A stretch of DNA of 64,000 nt, taken from contig CAYTDI010000006.1 of NCBI GenBank assembly GCA_964436595.1, forward strand, positions 16,474 through 80,473, in the 5' to 3' direction. Within the stretch, counting starts at the first letter, position 1; every line of letters begins with the position of its first letter. The notes under the pieces are model-generated. The model was given only the letters and a program-made list of their open reading frames with translations, ran no database searches and was not told where the DNA came from. Shown piece by piece: positions 58,837-64,000 of the stretch. Position numbers and translations under genes: made by a program. The DNA is from an uncultured Eubacterium sp. (GTDB lineage: Bacteria; Bacillota; Clostridia; Lachnospirales; Lachnospiraceae).

Positions 58837-60363
58837 CTATTCTTTCTCTTGATAAATGGGCAGTTCAAACCAAAAGGTACTGCCCTCGCCTACACGGCTT
58901 TCTACCCCATATGCTGCTTCATGCAGTTTCAAAATATTTTTCACGATTGAAAGTCCTAATCCTGTTCCCATAACGGCACGTTTATGTGTTTTATCTACTT
59001 TGTAATATCTATCCCACACATATGGAATGTCTTCTCTTGCAATTCCATCTCCTGTATCCCTTACCTCAATTCGTACCATGTTCTCACGCACTGACTGACG
59101 GACCAAAACTCTTTTATCTTTTCCAGTATAATTAATGGCATTATTTACAAGGTTATAAATCACCTGAAAAATTTTAAATTCATCTGCTTCTACCATAACT
59201 TCTTTTTCATATTGAAATTCGATACTATATCCGTCTTGTTCTTTTAACTTATTGTAACGCTCAAAAACAGATTGAATACTTTCCGTTAAATTATAGACAG
59301 AAACATTTTTTTCCATTACCCCTGCCTGAAGCTTGGATATATCCAACATATCATTAACCAGCAGGGTAAGTCGGCGTGATTCATCTATGATTACCTGTAC
59401 ATTTTCCGGTGTGTTTTCTCCCGGCAAATCACGCATCACTTCTGCATAAGCAATAATCATTGTCAATGGAGTGCGCAAATCATGGGACACATTTGCCAAA
59501 AGCTCTTTACGAAATCCTTCCGTTTTTTCTAATTCTCTTGCAGCATAATTCAATGTTTCCGAAAGCTCTGCTATCTCCCGATAATCTTTTCCTGAAAATT
59601 CTACGGAATAATCTCCCTTTGCCAGTTCTTTAGCAGAATTATTTACCATAATAATGGAACGGGATATTTTTCTTGATAATAAAAGTGCAATTCCTAAAGA
59701 CAGCAGAAATAAAATAACTGAAATCCATATAAACTGTATGCACAGCGTATCAACGGTTGCATCCACCGGCGTTAATTGTGAATTTACCATTACAACAAAG
59801 GAATTTGTTCCATCAGCAACAATTTCTACATATATAGCTGATTGCACCATTCTTTGTCCGTGATTCTGCAAAAATCCTTTTTGGGGTTGTGGTGGAATTT
59901 TTTGTCTTTCATTTGTTACAGGAGGTTGTTCTTCTAATGGAAATGTAAGATTTTTACTTCCTTCAAATTCAATCTTTGCCTCTCCGCCCTGTTCTTTTGC
60001 CTGTTGATAGTACCTTTCAAACTCTTCTTTGGGAATACTGCTCATCTGAGAATTCATAATATATTCTGCACTATGTATCACATTTCCTTTAGCATCTGCT
60101 ACCAAAATAGAAAAATTTCCTTCCGCAGCAATACTATCAATTTGTGTTTCTACATCGCTTGGAGATTCTTTTTCTATATCTATCACTTTTTCTAATGCTT
60201 TTTGTGCTTCATGGTTTTTAATAAGCTTATAAAAGGTATCCAGATAACAAATCTGAAATACCCATAAAATAGCCAGCAGAATTACGGTAAAGCTTAATAA
60301 ATACACAAATACTTTCCATTTAATACTAATTTTTTCTCTCACTTTTCCATCTCTAAGCTTCAA
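58837..60363 (-). CDS. Sensor histidine kinase (HAMP-HisKA-HATPase_c)
   Basis: 508 aa with two TM segments. H-box ANVSHDLRTPLT; N and G boxes present. Confidence 0.9.
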   Translation of the reverse strand: MKLRDGKVREKISIKWKVFVYLLSFTVILLAILWVFQICYLDTFYKLIKNHEAQKALEKVIDIEKESPSDVETQIDSIAAEGNFSILVADAKGNVIHSAEYIMNSQMSSIPKEEFERYYQQAKEQGGEAKIEFEGSKNLTFPLEEQPPVTNERQKIPPQPQKGFLQNHGQRMVQSAIYVEIVADGTNSFVVMVNSQLTPVDATVDTLCIQFIWISVILFLLSLGIALLLSRKISRSIIMVNNSAKELAKGDYSVEFSGKDYREIAELSETLNYAARELEKTEGFRKELLANVSHDLRTPLTMIIAYAEVMRDLPGENTPENVQVIIDESRRLTLLVNDMLDISKLQAGVMEKNVSVYNLTESIQSVFERYNKLKEQDGYSIEFQYEKEVMVEADEFKIFQVIYNLVNNAINYTGKDKRVLVRQSVRENMVRIEVRDTGDGIAREDIPYVWDRYYKVDKTHKRAVMGTGLGLSIVKNILKLHEAAYGVESRVGEGSTFWFELPIYQEKE

Positions 60364-61027
60364 AACGATATCCCACCCCTCTTAATGTTACCAAAAACTT
60401 TCGATATTCTCCCAAACTGCTGCGTATAAGCTTTACATGGGTATCTAAGGTTCTGTCATCACCATAATAATCATATCCCCAAACCTCTGTAAGCAGCTTT
60501 TCTCGCTCTAATGCTATATTTCTGTTTTTCACTAAGTAGAATAACAGCTCATATTCTTTCGGAGACATATCTACTCTTTTTCCGTCTACAGTAACGGTTC
60601 TTCCGGTAAAATCTACTACTAATCCCTCTTTTTTAAACACATCACGCTGTGTTTTTTCTGTCCTGCCCTGATTTCGACTAATTACCACCTTTACCCGCAT
60701 CATTAATTCCTTTGGTGAAAATGGTTTTACCACATAATCGTCTATCCCTATTTCAAATCCATGGATTCTATCATACTCTTCTCCTCTTGCTGATAACATA
60801 ATTATTGGAATATCTTTTTCCTTTTTTATTTCTCGGCAAGTAGAAAATCCATCTAACTCCGGCATCATTACATCCAAAATGATAACGTCAAAATCCTGCT
60901 GTTTACAGATGTGTACTGCCTCTATTCCGTCTCTTGCTTCTACAATTTCATATCCTTCAAATTCTCCGTACTTTCGAATAATAGTACGAATTTTTTCCTC
61001 ATCATCTACAACTAATATTTTACTCAT
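60353..61027 (-). CDS. OmpR-family DNA-binding response regulator
   Basis: 224 aa with REC and winged-helix domains (LRGVGYRF). Confidence 0.95.
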   Translation of the reverse strand: MSKILVVDDEEKIRTIIRKYGEFEGYEIVEARDGIEAVHICKQQDFDVIILDVMMPELDGFSTCREIKKEKDIPIIMLSARGEEYDRIHGFEIGIDDYVVKPFSPKELMMRVKVVISRNQGRTEKTQRDVFKKEGLVVDFTGRTVTVDGKRVDMSPKEYELLFYLVKNRNIALEREKLLTEVWGYDYYGDDRTLDTHVKLIRSSLGEYRKFLVTLRGVGYRFEA

Positions 61028-61075
61028 GTTCTCATATATCCTTATCTCTATCTATTACTGACTTTATTATACTAT

Positions 61076-61182
61076 ACTCACTAAGTTCAATCTTCGCACT
61101 AAGCTCGAAAATACCTCTCTAAGTGATTAGGTATTACTCGCACTAACTTCAATCTTCGCCTTTGGCTCGATTTCTCTAAGTG
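61076..61182. repeat. Tandem ~57-bp direct repeat (2 units) in the leader of the two-component operon
   Basis: Minus-strand units are CACTTAGAGAAATCGAGCCAAAGGCGAAGATTGAAGTTAGTGCGAGTA and CACTTAGAGAGGTATTTTCGAGCTTAGTGCGAAGATTGAACTTAGTGAGTA. Both lie downstream of an extended -10 (TGGTATAAT, 61188-61196). Confidence 0.7.
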
Positions 61183-61203
61183 CTCATATTATACCATAAT
61201 GTG

Positions 61204-61243
61204 CTTACAATTGTCGAAATGTATTGTAAATTATATTTACAAT
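61204..61243. promoter_or_regulatory. Operator-like cluster of TTACAAT/ATTGTAA half-sites in the divergent intergenic region
   Basis: CTTACAATTG plus the palindrome ATTGTAAA-N5-TTTACAAT (61223-61243). The half-site is the same as the one upstream of the GH26 gene. Confidence 0.35.
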
Positions 61244-61325
61244 AAAGAAAACATTGAAACTTTTAGGCTTTTAGTGTAAAATTAGTATATATAAAATTGA
61301 CTATACTGAAGGAGCGGTGGTTACT

Positions 61326-61697
61326 ATGGAAGATGTAAAAATTTTAATATGTGATGATTCTATTTTAGCACGCAAACAATTAAAAGATATTATTCGTAAA
61401 TGTGGTTATGACACCTTTCTGGAAGCTACCAATGGAGAACAGGCTGTTGCTTTATACAAAGAATCCAAACCACAGTTGGTTTTTTTAGATATTGTTATGC
61501 CGCAAATGGATGGTTTACAGGCGATTCGTGAGATTCGGCAATTTGATCCTGAAGCATATATTATTATTGTTTCTTCCGTTGGTACGCAATCACAGTTAAA
61601 AGCTGCAATTTTGGAAGGTGCACACGACTTTATTCAAAAGCCTTACTCCTCTTCCACCATTATTCAGATTGTAAAACAACGTTTCGAAGGGAGATAG
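61326..61697 (+). CDS. CheY-like single-domain response regulator
   Basis: 123 aa from the ATG at 61326; the GTG at 61317 is too close to the GGAG. Has DD, the phospho-acceptor Asp in FLDIVMP, the conserved Ser/Thr position in VSSVG, and the Lys in IQKP. Confidence 0.85.
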   Translation: MEDVKILICDDSILARKQLKDIIRKCGYDTFLEATNGEQAVALYKESKPQLVFLDIVMPQMDGLQAIREIRQFDPEAYIIIVSSVGTQSQLKAAILEGAHDFIQKPYSSSTIIQIVKQRFEGR

Positions 61698-61700
61698 GTT

Positions 61701-62579
61701 ATGTATACACAATTTTTTGGGAATTTTCTAATCAATAAAGGTATTATCAATACGGAACAACTTATGGAGGCTCTGGAGATTCAATCCTCTACGCACCAGA
61801 AACTTGGTACACTTGCAATTCATGCCGGATATATGACTGCAAATGAGGTAGAAGATGTTTACATTATGCAGACTCATTATGATAAACTTTTCGGTGAATT
61901 GGCAATAAAACTTGGTTATCTTACTCAGACTCAAGTAGATAAACTGTTAGAGCTTCAACTTCCTGATTACATGAAATTGGGACAAGTACTTGTTGAAAAG
62001 GAATGGATATCTAATGTCGATTTAGAAAATTTAGTAGCTGAATATCGTTCTGCCTATGAAATTTATGATTTAAATTTAGTGATTGAACAAAAAGAATTAG
62101 TAGATAAACTTCTTTCTTCTTTTTGTTCTAAGGAAAATATTGAACAGCCAGAACGTATTATTCCGTATCTGACACTCTTTTTCAATAACTTGATTCGCTT
62201 TATTGGAGAAGATTTTACACCTTTAGAAATTATTCCAATACCAGAAGTTCCTACTAATTTCTGTGTTTCTCAGGAAATTACTGGAACTGTATTATCAGCC
62301 TTGGATATGGAACCACAGACTGCCATTGCTTTTGCATGTAAATATGTGGATGAAGATTTTACTGAATTTGATGAATATGTACTTGCTTCAGTAGAAGATT
62401 TCTTAAACCTCCACAATGGATTATATGCTGTAAATATGTCTAATGAGCATTCCATTGAATTGAAGTTAGAACCACCGGTAGTACAAGAGCATACCACGCT
62501 TTCGACAGATTCACCGGCTTATCTTCTTCCAATTATGTATCCTTTCGGACGAATTAATTTTATCATATCTATCTTATAA
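61701..62579 (+). CDS. Protein with four tandem MshEN/T2SSE_N-type 24-residue motifs (29-residue period) and a CheX/CheC-like C-terminal domain
   Basis: 292 aa, starting 4 nt after the CheY gene. The repeats are FFGNFLINKGIINTEQLMEALEIQ / KLGTLAIHAGYMTANEVEDVYIMQ / LFGELAIKLGYLTQTQVDKLLELQ / KLGQVLVEKEWISNVDLENLVAEY, each separated by 5 residues. The C-terminal segment ...VLASVEDFLNLHNGLYAV... resembles the CheX AIGELGNMTAG helix. Confidence 0.6.
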   Translation: MYTQFFGNFLINKGIINTEQLMEALEIQSSTHQKLGTLAIHAGYMTANEVEDVYIMQTHYDKLFGELAIKLGYLTQTQVDKLLELQLPDYMKLGQVLVEKEWISNVDLENLVAEYRSAYEIYDLNLVIEQKELVDKLLSSFCSKENIEQPERIIPYLTLFFNNLIRFIGEDFTPLEIIPIPEVPTNFCVSQEITGTVLSALDMEPQTAIAFACKYVDEDFTEFDEYVLASVEDFLNLHNGLYAVNMSNEHSIELKLEPPVVQEHTTLSTDSPAYLLPIMYPFGRINFIISIL

Positions 62580-62583
62580 GTAT

Positions 62584-62620
62584 CAGACAAAGAGTCCGCA
62601 CGTCGGACTCTTTTGCGTCT
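62584..62620. terminator. Bidirectional intrinsic terminator (CheX-like gene / thrC)
   Basis: CAAAGAGTCCG-N5-CGGACTCTTTG with an outer CAGAC/GTCTG extension. Confidence 0.8.
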
Positions 62621-62747
62621 GTTTAGTATTCCCTTACGACTACTCCTTACGACTAATTTTATTCCCTATGATATACAAAAAAGAATTCCGCCAATTGCGA
62701 AATTCTTTTTTATCATATATCGAACTCTTTGTTCTATATTCTCTTGA

Positions 62748-64000
62748 TTATATTCCTAAAAACTTTTTCACTACAGACTGCATCTCGTCTACTTCACAAA
62801 TAGTCTTATGTAATACCGGTGCTGTACGAATATCTTCGATTGCCTGTGGTACCTTTACCTTGGAAAGCTTTGATAATTCATCTACTAATTCAAAATCCGG
62901 CTTGCTATCGTACTTCTCATCGATAGCAGTCATAACGCTTCTTGTAAACTTATATGGACTTGCAGTAGATGCAATTACAGTCTTTGCCTTATCTCCTGTT
63001 GCTTTCTGATACTTATGATATACAACGGCTGCTACTGCTGTATGGGTATCAATAATATATCCTGTTTCATCATAGATTTCCTTAATTACTGCTGCTGTTT
63101 CTGCTTCGCTTGCATAATTTCCATAGAAATCTTTTAACTGTTCTTTCATCTCTGGTGTGATTTCGTATTTTCCATTTTCCTGTAAGGACTGCATTAATTC
63201 CTGATTCTTCTTCGCATCATTTCCTGCAATACGATAAATCAAACGTTCTAAGTTACTGGAAATCAAAATATCCATTGATGGGGAACTTGTTAAAATGAAA
63301 TCACGATTCTTATCATATTCTCCTGTTGTAAAGAAATCATATAATACTTTATTTTCATTAGAAGCACAAATCAGCTTTCCAATTGGAAGTCCCATATTCT
63401 TTGCATAAAAAGCTGCTAAAATATTTCCAAAATTACCGGTTGGCACTACTACGTTCATAGTTTCACCGTTTTGAATATTTCCTGCCTTTACCATCTTAGC
63501 ATAAGCATATACATAATATACAATCTGCGGTACTAAACGTCCAATGTTGATTGAATTTGCAGAAGAGAACTGATAGCCTGCTGCTTCCATTTCTTTTGCT
63601 AAAGCTTTATCAGAAAACATCTGCTTTACGCCTGTCTGCGCCTGATCAAAATTTCCATTAATTCCTACTACAAATGTATTATCACCCTTTTGGGTTACCA
63701 TCTGTTTCTGCTGAATTGGACTTACTCCATCCTTTGGATAAAATACAATAATCTTTGTTCCTTTTACATCTGCAAATCCTGCTAATGCAGCCTTACCTGT
63801 ATCTCCGGATGTTGCTGTTAAAATTACAATATCATTTTTTACTTCATTTTTTCGTGCTGCTGTAATCAGAAGATGTGGAAGAATGGACAATGCCATATCC
63901 TTGAACGCAATGGTAGCTCCGTGGAATAACTCCAGATAATAAGCATCCTGAGCCTTTACCAGTGGTGCAATTTCCTCTGTATCGAACTTAGAATCATATG
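62748..64000 (-). CDS. thrC: Threonine synthase, N-terminus beyond the window edge
   Basis: The reading frame stays open upstream of the track's Met (...YYLELFHGATIAFKDMALSILPHLL), and the PLP-lysine motif FKD is present. TATSGDTGKAA follows. Confidence 0.9.
   Translation of the reverse strand, partial: YDSKFDTEEIAPLVKAQDAYYLELFHGATIAFKDMALSILPHLLITAARKNEVKNDIVILTATSGDTGKAALAGFADVKGTKIIVFYPKDGVSPIQQKQMVTQKGDNTFVVGINGNFDQAQTGVKQMFSDKALAKEMEAAGYQFSSANSINIGRLVPQIVYYVYAYAKMVKAGNIQNGETMNVVVPTGNFGNILAAFYAKNMGLPIGKLICASNENKVLYDFFTTGEYDKNRDFILTSSPSMDILISSNLERLIYRIAGNDAKKNQELMQSLQENGKYEITPEMKEQLKDFYGNYASEAETAAVIKEIYDETGYIIDTHTAVAAVVYHKYQKATGDKAKTVIASTASPYKFTRSVMTAIDEKYDSKPDFELVDELSKLSKVKVPQAIEDIRTAPVLHKTICEVDEMQSVVKKFLGI

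Noticed and set aside
61076-61182. Possible membership of the tandem repeat in the 25153/52900 repeat family (shared CGAGCCAAAG 10-mer)
   Set aside because: Only one short shared word is present, and the rest does not align. I treat it as a separate repeat.
61212-61218. TGTCGAA, an exact Spo0A-box heptamer, in the CheY/two-component intergenic region
   Set aside because: It is a single heptamer, and several are expected by chance in 64 kb. No second box is nearby.
61190-61316. Possible sigmaD (flagellar) promoter for the CheY operon (TAAT...GTCGAAAT)
   Set aside because: The spacing is about 12 nt rather than 15, and only 6 of 8 positions match in the -10 element.
62668-63009. 113-aa plus-strand ORF
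   Set aside because: It is antisense to the well-supported thrC gene.
1-64000. Scan for CRISPR arrays, tRNA/rRNA genes, transposases, integrases, retron/DGR-type reverse transcriptases and phage structural genes
   Set aside because: No regularly spaced repeat array, no GGTTCGAATCC-type T-arm, and no recombinase or RT motif were found in any listed ORF.

Overview
This window looks like a low-GC Firmicutes chromosome (Clostridia, probably Lachnospiraceae-like, motile, with sporulation-type genes). It is about 90% coding and most genes are on the minus strand. I found no rRNA, tRNA, CRISPR array, transposase, integrase or phage structural gene.

Content in order:
- An A/V-type ATPase operon (subunits G-like, C, I, K, F, E), preceded by an orphan receiver-domain protein.
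- A cluster of tiny genes, including a Cys/Gly/Asn-rich repeat peptide.
- leuS, a leaderless Cu/Zn SOD and an EF-G2-like GTPase.
- aroF-tyrA-aroA.
- A solute-binding lipoprotein paired with a chemoreceptor.
- A phospholipid operon (PAP2-like, flippase-like, pssA, psd).
- A roughly 3 kb accessory islet: an ImmA/IrrE-like protein with a degenerate HEXXH motif, a low-complexity lipoprotein, and a split HipA-like kinase pair.
- A 1318-aa cell-surface GH26 mannanase.
- ppdK, glyQS, recO, era, an M16 peptidase, csp, mscS, a tandem HD protein, serA, serC, ilvB, leuB and queA.
- pheST with a T-box leader, yihY, a SpoIID/LytB protein, cdd, citrate synthase and an OmpR-type two-component system.
- A CheY-like gene coupled to a protein with four tandem MshEN-type repeats and a CheX-like C-terminus.
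- thrC, partial at the window edge.

Best candidates for something undescribed:
1. The CheY plus 4xMshEN-like/CheX-like operon (61326-62579). It may link c-di-GMP to CheY-P dephosphorylation.
2. The HipS/HipT-like split kinase with no HipB (23986-25078), inside the small islet.
3. The Cys/Gly/Asn-rich duplicated peptide and its neighbouring tiny genes, which sit behind sigmaK/E-like promoters (5448-6662).
4. A promoter-to-hairpin leader of about 340 nt upstream of the SpoIID-like gene.
5. A roughly 93-nt intergenic repeat present in two copies.

All functional calls rest on motif recognition by eye. No database search was possible.
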